A model generated the notes under the pieces. That model was not told the DNA's origin. It saw only the letters and a program-made list of their open reading frames with translations, and searched no databases. 64,000 nt of DNA from the human T2T-CHM13v2.0 reference genome, Homo sapiens: the NCBI RefSeq assembly GCF_009914755.1, contig NC_060939.1. One strand, 5' to 3'. Made by a program: the position numbers and the translations under genes. This document shows, in pieces, positions 29,913 through 42,600 of the stretch (positions are counted from its first letter, which is position 1; every line of letters begins with the position of its first letter).

Positions 29913-32315
29913 TAATTAAGATAATTCCTGAGTCCTCCCCAAATGTTCCCAGTTTGATTAGGGTAGGTGTCCAAACCAGATTGCCACAGAGTAAAGATTT
30001 TTCTTACTGAGCACTGTCAGCTTAATGCACAGTTTACCCCTGGACCTCCCAAGGCCCAGCTTCCAAGTGGCCAGAGGCGAAGCTCTTCTAGAAAAAGAAA
30101 GGAAGAAAATTGCATGGGCTGCCTCAGATGTCCAGAACTCCAGAACAATGAAAATGAGACTGAAATGAAACTCACAGTAACCCAACACAGATCTTACAGT
30201 TAAAGAATTCTTGCTGTAGAATTTTCAACTACGATAAAGTTGAGAATGTGGCTCAACTTTAAGCATTATAGTAGTAAATCCCAGGGATCTAGACTTTCAA
30301 TTTTCTTTATCAGATTTGTCCAAAATCATGCTAAGTACCTAAAGAAAAGAACAATGTGTATATGACATAGTGGTGTCCTTGAAACTAAAAAATTACAAGT
30401 TATGGAATAGAATGGAGTTGTATAACAGAAAATGTTCTTTTTTAAATTCATTGGCCAGTAACATAGAATTTTGAACCTGGAAGAAACCTTAATATGAGAC
30501 CCAGGTTTAGGATAATGATACCATCTAACAAAATGAGACACAGGGCTTTGGAAGGGGCCAGGGCAATGAGAGACCTGAAAGTACAAGTGTTTTTAACTTC
30601 GTGGTGTATCTACTATAAACACATCACTGTGTAATTCCTCTGAATCGTTGTTTACTGCATTTCATTGAACCATAGGCTTTTAAACCTGGAAATATGAACT
30701 AGCTTGCCCATGACCATACAGGTAGTTGTGGGGAAAGTCTGGGGTCAAGCTCAGTCTTTTGAATCCAAACCCAGAACTGTTTTCCCTACTCCCACTACAT
30801 TTCCAATGACTCTGCATGCACCACTAATCATCCAAAAGCAGCTCGTATTTTTGGTTTCGGGTAGTCAGGTCTTAATTATCTAGCATCTTGAAAGAATAAA
30901 CATGAGTAACATTTAGAAGTAAAGTCACCTAGGACTTAGTCCAGCCCTAAGGCCAATGGGTGATCCATGGTGCCATATGCCAGGCTTGTTACTGCCCAGA
31001 TCTCTCCTGTTTGTGTTCATCACTGCTCTCCATTTCTTTCAGAATCAAGCGCCAGGGCTAATTAAACTCCTGAGTAAAGCCAAGGCACCATTAGGGGCTC
31101 AGTTGGTGAGCTGGCTGGTAGAAAACACAAAGCAGTCTCCTGTGTTTGATTTCCACAGACACTGGGATTAAATGAGTAGAGCCATCTAATGTTCTCACCC
31201 CCCAAATCATGCATGCATGCATTCACTCATCCATCCATTCACTAATTCATTTGACATTGTTCTTTTTTTTTTTTTTCCTTTGAGGCAGAATCTTGCTCTG
31301 TCATATAGTGGCATGATCTCAGCTCACTGCAACCTCTGCCTCCGGGGTTCAAGCGATTCTCAAGGATCCAGTGTCTTCAGGATCCAGGGTCCACAGGTCC
31401 CTTGGGGCCAGGCTCAGCCCAACAGACAGATGCGTGTTCTTCACAGGCACTAGTTCAGTTGAAATAGTGGCTCTCTGCCACATCAGACTCAGTGTCCCTT
31501 CTTATAACACAAGACTCCGTCTCAGAAAAAACAAACAAATGAAAACAAACCAACAACACATAACTTGTAACTCTCCTTTTGTTATGCTCAAATGAAACCC
31601 ATAGATAATATATCTACCTACACATAAAATTTCCTCCCAAAATTCATAATATAAAAAAAAAATGGAATACACTCACTGGGTTATAATCAAGAAAGAAAGA
31701 AAAGCAATTTTATAGAAAAATAAGTATTTCAGTATCTAAAAAATCTTGTACATGACTACACTGGAAATCCTACTAAGTAGTTAGATGTCTGCACCTATGT
31801 GTAGAGTCGCCATGAATGCAATAGATTTAAATGCACACAGAGTCACATGTGTTTTTAGTATGGCTCAAACACTGTGATTACCATTGCCATTTGTAACATG
31901 ATTTTCCAAAATGGTGAACAATCTTCATAAAGTCCTGAACAAATATGTACCATCTTCACTCTATGCTGCATTCCTGAAAAATTCAGTGTATTTTAAAACT
32001 GCAAAAAATAAATCCTGTGTGTTTATATATAAAATGGGGTTGGATGCTAGATCCACCTATGTATAAACAAGTTTTCATGGACATAAACATTGAGCAGGAC
32101 ATTTGAAAGTGATGAGGGACAGTCACTTGTGATGTGGATGGTCCTGACCACTGCAGAGCATCTGACATCCCCCCCTACCCATCCACTAAATGTCAATGGC
32201 ATCCCACATTCACCGTCGTAACAAACTGTGATAGTAACAAATGCCTCCACAAATTTCCAAAGATAGCTCTAATGGGTGGAACCACCCTCACTGGGAATCC
32301 TGAGTTACAGGGCAG

Positions 32316-32317
<2 letters not shown>

Positions 32318-32354
<37 letters not shown>
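32318..32354. repeat. (GT)n microsatellite
   Basis: Seen directly. Confidence 0.97.
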
Positions 32355-32357
<3 letters not shown>

Positions 32358-32427
32358 ATGTGTGTGTACGTTAAGTGTGACTTCCAACAGCTGGAGTTGA
32401 GAGTCATCTGATCCCCCTATTGCTCCC

Positions 32428-32917
32428 TGTGATGGTTAATTTTATGTGTCAACTTGACTGGGTCATAGGGTGCCCAGATATTTGGTCAAACATTTTTCTG
32501 GGTGTGTTGGGGAGGGTGTTTCTGGATGTGATTCACATCTAAATGGAATGAGTTGGAGTAAAGCAGATTGCCCTCACCAATGCAAGTGGCCTCAAAAAAT
32601 CAGCTGAAGGCCTGAATAGAGCAAAAAGTTTACTGTCCCACAAGTAAGAGAATTGCTGCTGCCTGACTGGCTTCAAGCTAGGATGCTGGCTTCTTCCTGC
32701 CTTCAGATACAAACTGAAACATTGGCTCTTCCTGGGTTGTGAGCTTGCTGGTCCTCAGACCAGGCCTACACTCTCGTAGGTCTCCAGCTTGCCAACTTAC
32801 CCTGCAGACTTTGGGATTTGTCAGCCTACATAATTGCATGAGCCAATTCCTTATAATAAATCTCTTTCTGTATACAACCTATTGGTTCTGCTTCTCTGAA
32901 AAACCCCGACTAATACA
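32428..32917 (+). mobile_element. MLT2 (ERV-L) solo LTR with 5-bp TSD
   Basis: TGTGATGGTTAATTTTATGTGTCAACTTGACTGGG ... CCCCGACTAATACA; CTCCC on both sides (32423-32427, 32918-32922). Confidence 0.9.
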
Positions 32918-33499
32918 CTCCCACACAAGTCTGAGCCATGTTCTTGCCCTGGCCTGCCTCCTCCCTTCTCGTCACTGACTCTGGGATGCCGAGCTCTTGG
33001 CCACAACAGCCCTTGGTTCACACTGAGATGGTCTGGAGCACTCTAACAGGAGGCTACTGCTTCACACATAGGGCCCCACTCCAGACTCAGCAGGAGCCAG
33101 GCAATGGCAAACCAGAGGGGCAGGAGACACTAAAAAGGCACCCTCTGAGAGCTGACTGCCCCCAGGATTTCCACCCCTTTTCAGTGTCTATTTGGATAGT
33201 AAGGCTAGGGGCCTTTTGAGAAACAGCAGAAGACATGGGTATTAGTAGTGCCCCCCAAGAGGTATAATGGGAAGGCCAGCAAGGCCAGGGCCACTGATGG
33301 AGGGAAATTTTACAAGGTAAACATGTATAGAGAACTCCCTTCAAATACCACCGGGGATGAAGAAAGTTTCCCAGTGGAGAACCATCTGTCAGTGGGCAGA
33401 GGGTGCTGCTGGTATGAAACTGATCACTCCTCTTCAGCGAGTGAATCCTGTGGTCAGGAAGCAAGATCTCAGAAAGAAATTGTAAGGGCACTGCCCTCT

Positions 33500-34800
33500 A
33501 TCACACTTTCACTCATTCAAAAATGTATTGAACATCTACTACATGCCAGGTATGCATGAGGTTCTGGGAGTATTAGATGAGCAAGATACAGGAGTATTCC
33601 CAAGGAGTTCACAGCCTAACAGGGAGACAGACAGGGAGCGACAGGCCATTGTGAAATGACCAGATATACACCAGGATGGGTAAATACAATTACAGTGGGA
33701 GCACACAGTCGGAGCAGCTAGCCCTCCCTGGGATGTGGGGCTGGAGGGCTCCCCAGAAGGGACATCAGATGTGTGTTTTAAAGAATAAAGTCAGCCAGTC
33801 AGAGAAGGGGAGAAGAGGAAAACAGGCAGAGAAATGAGCATGATAGTGGCAAGGAGCAGGGAGGGAGCAGGCACCTCCCGGAAGCTGGAAGAAGGAACGT
33901 GAGGCACAAGGGCGGAATGGTGAGAAACAGGGCAGAGAGAGAGTAGGCAGGGGTGGGGTTGTGGAGAGCCCTGTGTATGAACATATCACATGGACCGAAG
34001 AATCGAGTCTGGGCTCACAAACTAGCAGACTGGGAGTAGAAGGTGCACTTGGAGAAGTGGCACAGCGACATCGTTGAGGTGTGTTGTGGACCCAAACTAA
34101 GGTGCAGGACAGAAAGGAAGAGGAGGAGAGAAGGGGCATAAGAAATGTCAAGTGAGGAAAGGATTTATACACATACACCTGTAAACATGCACAACTGATC
34201 AGTAAAATATGAAAAAATCTTGCTATCATTAATAAAGTGATAAAAAATAAAATGATATGGTACCTTCTTCTGTCGTACATGGAGTTACACCACTGGTACT
34301 TGGCCCTTTGAGTCTAGAGCTCCAAAGAGAGCCCTGGGCAACAGGCAGGGTTTGGGTATGTGGTGGTCAGAGGCCTCGGCAGTGGATAAAATCACCAAGG
34401 AAGAGTCAACAGAGTGAGGATGTAGGGCACAACCCTGGAGAACACTAGCAGTTGGGTGCACAGAAGTTGAAGAACAGTTCAAGGAGGCTGAGAAGGAACA
34501 GTCGGAGAAGTAGGAGGAAAACCAAGAGAAAGTAGTGTCATGGAAGCTCAGAGAGGAAGGAATGTCAAGGAGGAGGAAGTGATGAAGAGCTTTGAAAGTT
34601 GCAGAGACTTCAAGTAAGATTGACCTTTAGACTGAAAAGTTTTCATTGTATTTTGCAAATAAGTCATCAGCGACCTTGGCAGGATGGGTTCAATGTTTGG
34701 TGGGAGAAGAAGCTACATGGCCGTGACGTGGCGAATGAATGAGGGATGAGGAAGCGCAGATGAGGAGTATAGCCACATTAAAGATGGCTGGTTGACTTTG
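33500..34800 (-). mobile_element. L2 LINE fragments
   Basis: CATTCAAAAATGTATTGAACATCTACT-type L2 3' end followed by purine-rich degenerate L2 body. Boundaries approximate. Confidence 0.6.
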
Positions 34801-35559
34801 GGAAGAATAAGGTTGTTTTGGAGTTGTAAGGAGACCCCCAGAATTGAGTTCCTGTTTTCTCCACCACAATTCTAAACCAATCGGGTGGTAGGATGAGAGC
34901 AAGGCAGATGGAGATCAAAACGTCAGCTTTATTAGGGATAAAGCTGACATTGGAAATGGTAACATTAAATGTTCAGCAACATTTTTTCCAAATGAGAAAG
35001 ACAGACCCACTCATCACAGGCAGCACTGAACACCCGAGGCCTTCCTGCAGAGAGGCTGCCCCTGGAGAGCTGGAGCCACGTGAGAGTAGACTAGAATGAG
35101 AGCTTGCTGATAAGGCTGGCTACGAAAAGGAAAGAGGAGAGGTGAAGAAGATGAGTCAGCCAAGACATTCCTCCTCTCTGGGGAGAAGAAAAGGAGAAGC
35201 GGAAAGAGGACAAGGGGCATTTTAGGGAAATCTCTCCTCATGGAAATAAGGAATGGGGGCAAACCTGTAAATACTGACCCAGAAGGAGATAAGTATAGTT
35301 AGCATCTTTTTTTGCATCTTTGCAAGAGCATATGTATTTGTATGACCCAGAATGGTTATTTATGTGGTAGGACTGGATAGAATGGGGGCGAGTTCAGGGG
35401 GGCGCGACTTCTTGCTCTCTGTAAAGAAGAAAGGTACTGAAATCACACATGGCTTTACTATTTTTCACATTTGATTTTTAACACATACTGGTTAGTGACT
35501 TTTTGCAAATTATTATCATTACATAGCAACTCTATCTTATTCAGTGCTCTTTACATTTC

Positions 35560-37300
35560 ATTTTGCTGGGTATTAACAGAGTAATTCTTTCCTGCTTTGT
35601 TATTTGCATTTGCCTGGTATTTTTTCTTGACTTTTTATTCTCAATTTTTATCACATTTGTTAAATGTGTTTATTTCTTGTATGTGTGTGTATATATATAT
35701 ATATACACACATACACACACACACATACATATATATATACAAGAAAGCATATAACTGTCTGCTTTTTATTTTACCAAATCTAATAGTCTCTTTTAAGAAT
35801 AATTCTATTCACATTTAATAATACATTGAATTTTATTGCTTCTATTTTACTTAATATTTATTACTTATTTAAGCCCCCTTGATGTTCTTTATATTAATTA
35901 GTTATCAAGTTTCTGTTCAATTATTTTCTTTCTCTTCTTAATTTGGGAGCTCTAGTCTAGTTTTTCATTCTACCAGGTCCTTCTCCTTTTTGTCACTGGT
36001 AGTCAAACTCATTCTTTTATTCCATTATACCAACATAAGAGTCCAACTATTTCCCCAGATTCTCTCCTCTCCTGCTGTTCCTCCTCCCCCAGCATGAGGC
36101 CTTTAGGACGCTTTCACTTCCCACTCTCACACACCAATGTGAGACCTGTGGAAACTTCACTTCCCCTCTTTCTCCTTTAGAACTTTTTGTTCCAGGCTAT
36201 TGTTAACATTTCCCTTGAAATATGTCTCTTCTATTTTCAGCAATTATATTACACATTCCTGAACTGTCTATTATTATCTGTCTGAATTTAACTGACGATG
36301 TGTTGTAAGGCTCCTTGCTCACCACTAATTTTTTTCTCCCTTTTCCTCCTCTTTCCATCCTGTAGCCTTTAAGCTGATTCATCTATTGTTTGGTTAGATC
36401 TTAACACCCTTTTATCTGGTGGAAGATATGGGTGACAGGTCTTTTCCTTGCATATTCTCAACTATGTTTCCTTGACCCTGACAGAGGAGTGGGGTCTTGC
36501 TACAGGATTCTTGGTGTGCAGTGTTTTTCTCTCAGTAATCTTCACACGATTGGCCTCAATCATCCCTACTTCAGGTGTCATAGAAGAGAAAGTTGATGCC
36601 CCCATGATCCTTCTTCCCCTATAAGTCACTTGTACTTTCTTTCTGGAAGACTGTAAGATTTTCTTTTCATCCTTAGACTTCTGGAATTTCTCAACCTATG
36701 AATCATTTGTCTTGCCCATAACTTGCCAAAACCTTCCAATAGGCAGACTCAGGCCCTTTCTTAACTTGGGAAATTTACTTCCTATTAACTACTACTTTTC
36801 TTTCCTTCAGCTACTGAATTTGTCTGCAGATCTTGTCATTTGGTTCCAGAAAGTCTTTTTGTGCTCTACTGGAATGTTTATGTCCTAACGTTAATATTTT
36901 AAATGTATTACTGTTCCCTAGTGGCTTGGTTTCATGTGAGCCTCTTCTAAGAGCATTGCTGTGCCCCCTAAGTATAAGGGTAATGTTTTCTTTTGTCTGC
37001 TCTCTGGGCTCAGGGCCAGCAGCTGAGGTGCCTTCTCAGAAGGGACAAAAATGGTGGTTCTCAATCCCCTATCAAGTCACTGGCGGGGAGACTCTCATTT
37101 TCCTGTTTTCTCACATCTCCCAGGCTCAGGAGTAGAGATAGACTCAGCACACCTGTACAACTCCCTTACCTCATCCAGCCAGATCCATCTGCCAGGATAC
37201 TCACTGATGCCCAGATACTGGTGCCCTCTTATGATTACAGAATCGGGGGTGGTTTGGAGACCATGTGTTTACTCATACAGCTTTAAGAAAGTAGCACATG
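35560..37300 (-). mobile_element. Very old L1/HAL1-like remnant, with a (TA)n/(CA)n tract at ~35680-35740
   Basis: T-rich degenerate sequence with antisense ORF1-like phrases (GAAGACTGTAAGATTTTCTTTTCATCCTTAG; TTAACTTGGGAAATTTACTTCCTATTA). Confidence 0.5.
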
Positions 37301-38506
37301 TTTAGGGTCCACAGTTTGACCTAAAAAGTCACATTTTCTAGAACTCAGCACTTTCTTGTTTCATTTGGAAAGGTGGTTTTAAAGGCTGAAGTTGGCCCTG
37401 GTGGAGGTCAGAGATCATACGTGGTTTCCATAGTGACAGAAGCCAGTGCAAGTCTTGGCAATAAAAGGTAAGCTTCTCTTAGCCGGGGCCACTCCTCTGG
37501 TCCCTGGCTTGAGTCTCCAGGCTCAGCAGATGGGGTGTCATCTTCTCCAGGCTTAATATTGGCAGGAATCCCTTTTGGTCACTCCCAACCAGTCTCTCTG
37601 GAGAGGTGAGGCATATCTATTCTAGCTTGTTACTCTGCCTTTGCAACCCAGGAATGAAAGGTCTTAGGCTATCAGGCCCCAAATTCACTTTTTTTTTAGG
37701 ACCTATATGCACCTATTCACTGCAGAGATGACAGTTCCCCTACATGGTTTTTAGGAAATCATGTTCTTACATCATTGATCTCTTAAAATCCTCCTTAATC
37801 TGCTAGACCAGGCTTGGCTTTCTTTCCTGACTAGCTTACACATTCTAGCATTCAGTGTCTGCTCCAGGTTTGTTTTTAAGCCTTGGAGCCAAGTGCCAGT
37901 CTGAGCTGTTTTCCACTCCATCACTTTGAATCATTTCCCTGCTCTATTGTTTCACTTCCTGTCCATCATTTTGAGCATTCCTCAGTGGCCCAAGATGGGG
38001 GCCAAAAATTTCCTACTTTTGATAAACAGGGCATGGGTGAACGTTGATGAGGTTTCAACAATGTGACCTTGGGCAGATCACTTAAACCTCCTGAGCCCTG
38101 ACTTCCTCATCTGTGAAATGCTTATAAAACCTGCCCTGCCCCGTTCACAGGCTTATTATGGAACTCAAATGACATGAGAAAGCACTTTGAAAACTGAAGT
38201 GCTCTACACATGTAAGGCTTTGTTTTATCTTTCAAAAACAGTGGCTCGAGTTCCATAAGTGGAGCTTTGCAGTATTAACTTACTTCTGTGGATTTTGCAG
38301 TTTCAAATTCATGAGCCATTCTCATGATTGCACAGAATCCACTCTTAGAGCTTCCTTTACATTTTCATTGTTTCTGAAAACAATCACTTTTTCATTTATT
38401 GAAAGGCCATCACTCCAGGTGAAAAAGGAAAAGATTTCTTTCTACAGCCTGTCACGGTTACAATTTAAAGCCTACTAATGTTGGAATGGCAGATTCAGGT
38501 GGTTGA

Positions 38507-38904
38507 TGTGGTAGATGTGGAGATGTGGGGACCTGAGGGTCCCCCTTCAAGAAAGGACTGACTGCCTGGCTGCAGAGATTAAGATTAAAGCATGCTTCAG
38601 CTGCAGAGAGCCACCTGGCCCCAGGTCATACCTTCCCAGGGCATCCCACATCTGTCCTGTGACTGAGTGAGGTAGGTAAAAGCCCAGTCACTCTGGCCTG
38701 ACACAGGACACTCTGATGAGCAATACACAATCCAGAGCTTCCCAGTGGGTTGGCTGAGGCTTTGCAGGGTTGGACTGTGCTGGATTTCTCCCTCTGCCCA
38801 ATCCTGCTTCTCCTTCTTTCCTTCATAGGTGCTGATCCCTAATAACCATTTTGTACTCCAAATTCCATCTCAGCACTTGTTTCCAGAGAATCTGATCTGT
38901 GACA
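38507..38904 (+). mobile_element. ERV-L LTR (LTR16-like)
   Basis: CAGAGCTTCCCAGTGGGTTGGCTGAGGC...CTCCCTCTGCCCAATCCTGCTTC...CATCTCAGCACTTGTTTCCAGAGAATCTGATCTGTGACA, typical of the LTR16 R/U5 region. Confidence 0.7.
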
Positions 38905-41900
38905 ATTGGGTACACTACACTAGAAAGGTGGAGTGGGGTGGGGTGGGAGGGCATGTTTGTTGCAAAGAAGGAGAGAAAACAATGGGAAGTGGGGATTTGA
39001 AATGGCATCACCTTCACAACCACAGACAGCTCCACGTCAAACAATGAGTGGGCAACTCAAAGGTCTAAGACACTGCTACTACGATAGGCGGAAATCTGTT
39101 GTTACCAGCCCGACTTGGACCAAAATCTCACAACGGAAGCAATATCATCTATTCTTATTCCCAACCCTAGAGATAAGCAGATTTGGTGCTCTTACCTGGA
39201 AGCACCAAAGGCTAACTTCCAAGAAAATGCTAACAACACACTGTGTTTTATACAAAAACCCCTACTAGTATCAAGATTGGCTAAATGATCTAAATTTAGT
39301 CACGGTTCTGTTTTTCAACTACCTTTTTACATACAGATGAAAGAGAAAGTTACATTTTCTAGAACTCAGCACTTCCTTATTTCCAGGTGGTTTTAAAGGC
39401 TGAAGTTGGCCCTGGTGGAGGTCAGAGATCATACATGGTTTCCATAGTGACAGAAGCCACTGCAAGTCTTGGCAGTAAAAGGTAATCTTTTAAAATGAAA
39501 ATCTGTCATCCATCTACCGACTCCTCCCCATCCCACACACACGTAAAACTCCTCATTTGTTTCCCATTGCTTTTACAGTAAAGGCCTCAGCCCTACAAGG
39601 AAGGTCCCACCCACAGAGTCTGGTCCCTGCCTTGGTTACAGCCTCATTTCACTCCCTCCTCCTTGCTCCTGACGCTCCATGTGGCACCGCATTGGCTTCT
39701 TACGGTTCCTCAAATAAGCCATGCCATCTCCTGCCATAGGGCCTTGAACGTGTTGTTCCTCCTCTCTGCAATTCTCCTCACCCCTATCTTCGCCTAGTTT
39801 ACAACTCAGCTTCAGGTGCCAACACAAGCATCCTTTTCTCAGGGAAGCCTTCCCTGAACCACACATCCAACTCTAGGACAGGCTCTTCAGTGATATGATC
39901 TCAAGGAACTGCATTCCTTTCTTCCAGAGCATTTGTCTCGTGGCCGCATTTAGAATTGCACCCTCATGTCTAATATTGTTTGGTAAATCTGTCTCCCCAC
40001 TCCAGGCTTCAGGAATGATGCCTGGCTTTGCTCTCCATGCTATTCCTGGCTCCTGGCACAGTTCCTGGCAGATAGTAGGCACCCAATTACCATTTGCTGA
40101 GTAAATGAATACATGAAAGAATAAAAGAAAGAAAAAAGGGAGAATTGCTGACTTTGGTTGGATGGTGTGAAGTTTCTTGGGGTTTAACAGTAGGAATGGG
40201 GAGTTAAAACCATAAGAGGCTGAGTGGAAGATGCATGTGGTGACAACTTTTAGGGTGGCTCTCTCCCTAATCACCAGTGTGGTGGAAGGGTGGTGGGGCA
40301 GTAAAACCATCAAAAGTCACAGTGTAGCTGTCAATCTCATCACTGAAGACAAGAATACCCAAGTGCCAGGCCAGGAAAATTATTTACTTCACAATCAGGA
40401 AGAAATGCTGTGGAACTAAAGTTGGGGTATATTCTTGAATTTGATTTTATTCTCCAGAGCCCTAAAGTTAACCAGCTGGAATCATTTTTAAGGACCATTC
40501 TATTTAACTTTTGGAAATGAAGCATCTGCCTTTTAATGGAAAAACTACTTCTCATTGTAAAGATAGCACACAATGTTCTTGGCTGCTTTGGTCTCCAAAA
40601 AAAGGGAATTGAGATATCTCCCTGTGTCCGCATTATATCCTGAGCCTCCTGTGTCAACAAAACAGGCCAGATTGATAGCTTTTTTTTTTTTTTAATAATA
40701 AGTAAAAAGTAGCAGCCCATTCTGTGAAGTATCAGGCAGGGCAGGCTATGCAGGCATATCTGCCTCTCAAGAAATCTCAAGAGGCTTAGGGATTCACACT
40801 GAAAGGCTCCATATAACCAACCTCAAAGCCATGGTATTCAGACGAGAACCCAAGTTTATCGTGCATTCAAAAGTTCTGTTCCTCAAAAAGCATCTACAAA
40901 GTGTGATTAGCTAATGAATCCATTAATCAAATATTCCTACTTGGCACAAGTCCCTGCTGTGAGAGGACAGTTAAGATAGGTCCCTGCCTTAAGAATATTG
41001 TAACCCAACTGAAGAAATAGGATGTGGAAGAACTAAGATGTCGATTAACAGCACAAGGCACAGAAGAACTAAAGTGTCAACTAACAGCACAAGGCACACA
41101 CAGTGTAAGTCTCAGCCAGTTCATATGGCCCATATCCAACAATACCAACCCGTGTTGAACATTTATTATACAAGTGCTTTACAAGTATTTTCTTATTAAA
41201 GCTTCACAACCCTATGAAATAGATACAATTACAGTCTCTTTAAAGAACTTGAGTAGCATATCTAAAGTCATGCAGTTAAAAAACAGTTTCAAGGTCAGGT
41301 CTGATTCCAAAGCCCAGGTGCATAACCACAGAGCCCCTGCAGCTTGTAGAGCTCACAGTGCTTGGGACTGGCCTAGGAAGTCAAGGCTAGATGAGGAAGG
41401 GTACTCGGAGTTAGGCCTTAAAGTGGGCAACACTGAAATAGGCCAGTGATGGAGATAGGTCACTGTGTGGCACTGCGGTGGAAAGAGGGTTGGAGAGAGA
41501 AGATAGAGGAGAAGAGGAAAGAGGGCAGAGCATGGCAGCTGCTTGGGCACAGCCACTTTAGGGTGAGAGATGAGTGAAGATGTCTACCTTGTAGGCCATA
41601 TCAACATGTCCCCCTTCTTCTGTGAAAAATGCCATCATCCCACACAGGAAGAGTTGGAGAGGGATCTGACAGTGGAGTCTGGTAGGAAAGGAGTCTGGCT
41701 TTTCATTTGCGCTTCCTTCTGCCCCTCTTGCCCCAGAGCAATATCCCAGGCTTTCCACCAACCCAGCCCACGGGGTGGCCATGCTACAAGCCTTTTGAGT
41801 CCTGCATCCCAAGAGGGGCAGCTTCTTGGCCTGAAGTTGTCTAATAGAGCCTGCCTGGCTCCAAGCAGGCCTCATCTCTGCTCTGTCTACTGGATCTGGG

Positions 41901-42264
41901 CTCTGAACTGGGGTGGGAGGTGGGGAAATGGGGAGGCTGGTTCAGGCTACCACTTCCTCTCCTCACCATTGGATAGCCAGCCTTTCAAGGAAAGTAGGGG
42001 GCCAGTTCTGTGGCATAGAACAGTATAGTTCTTAGGCCCTCCTATTTCAGAAAAACACTCAAGCAGTGTTTTCCCTCTGCTCTCACACCACGACAACAGT
42101 CATCAACACAGAAGACTTCTGCGACCAAATGTAGGGGATTTTCCCCCACACACCAAGCAGCGGGCACCAGCTGGGTGTCCTCCAACTCAGTTCCAACACT
42201 ATCTACCTGGAAAGAGTGTCTGATCCCACAGGTTGAGGGCTCAGTCAGATTAAGAGATACATAC

Positions 42265-42368
42265 GCGACGTCTGGAAGATCCCGAGCACAGGACCTTCCG
42301 TCCTGATAGGATAAGTTCTTCTTCACCTTCCTGTTTGCCTCCACGTGTTCAGCCCTCCAGAAACTCCC
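42265..42368 (-). other. CYP19A1: CYP19A1 untranslated exon I.1 (major placental first exon)
   Basis: Minus strand GGGAGTTTCTGGAGGGCTGAACACGTGGAGGCAAACAGGAAGGTGAAGAAGAACTTATCCTATCAGGACGGAAGGTCCTGTGCTCGGGATCTTCCAGACGTCGC|GTATGT, which is the 5' end of the placental aromatase mRNA as I recall it. Confidence 0.96.
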
Positions 42369-42600
42369 TGAACCCTGTCCTTTGGGCCTTTTATGGAGAT
42401 TTCATTTGTTGTCCATGACTGAAGCATGTGATTGAACAAAATGTGATTGGACAAAAAGGGTATGATCTAATCTCAGCAAGGTCTGTCTGTCCAGATTCTT
42501 CTTCCTCTCTTTGTGCAGCATTCCTTCCTCCAGGGTATGGGGCATGACCTCCTCTGGAATGAGGGTCTTATGACCCACAATCAGATTATAGAGTCCCGCC
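42342..42600 (-). promoter_or_regulatory. CYP19A1: Promoter I.1 elements: E-boxes (42342-42347 CACGTG; 42425-42430 CATGTG), TATA-like CATAAAA (42389-42395), nuclear-receptor half site AGGTCA (42545-42550), GCM1/TSE2 motif (ATGAGGGT 42559-42566), GC box (42595-42600)
   Basis: Motifs are seen directly at the expected offsets from the TSS (~+26, -58, -25, -180, -195, -230). The USF, GCM1 and Sp1 assignments are from established literature on this promoter. Confidence 0.85.

Noticed and set aside
31262-31560. Two short Alu 3' remnants pointing away from each other
   Set aside because: Could be a deletion scar, but independent 5'-truncated insertions explain it equally well and no clear TSD or junction decides it.
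42042-42344. 100-aa ORF overlapping exon I.1
   Set aside because: Starts at GTG and runs through the splice donor into LTR sequence; exon I.1 has no ATG and is untranslated.
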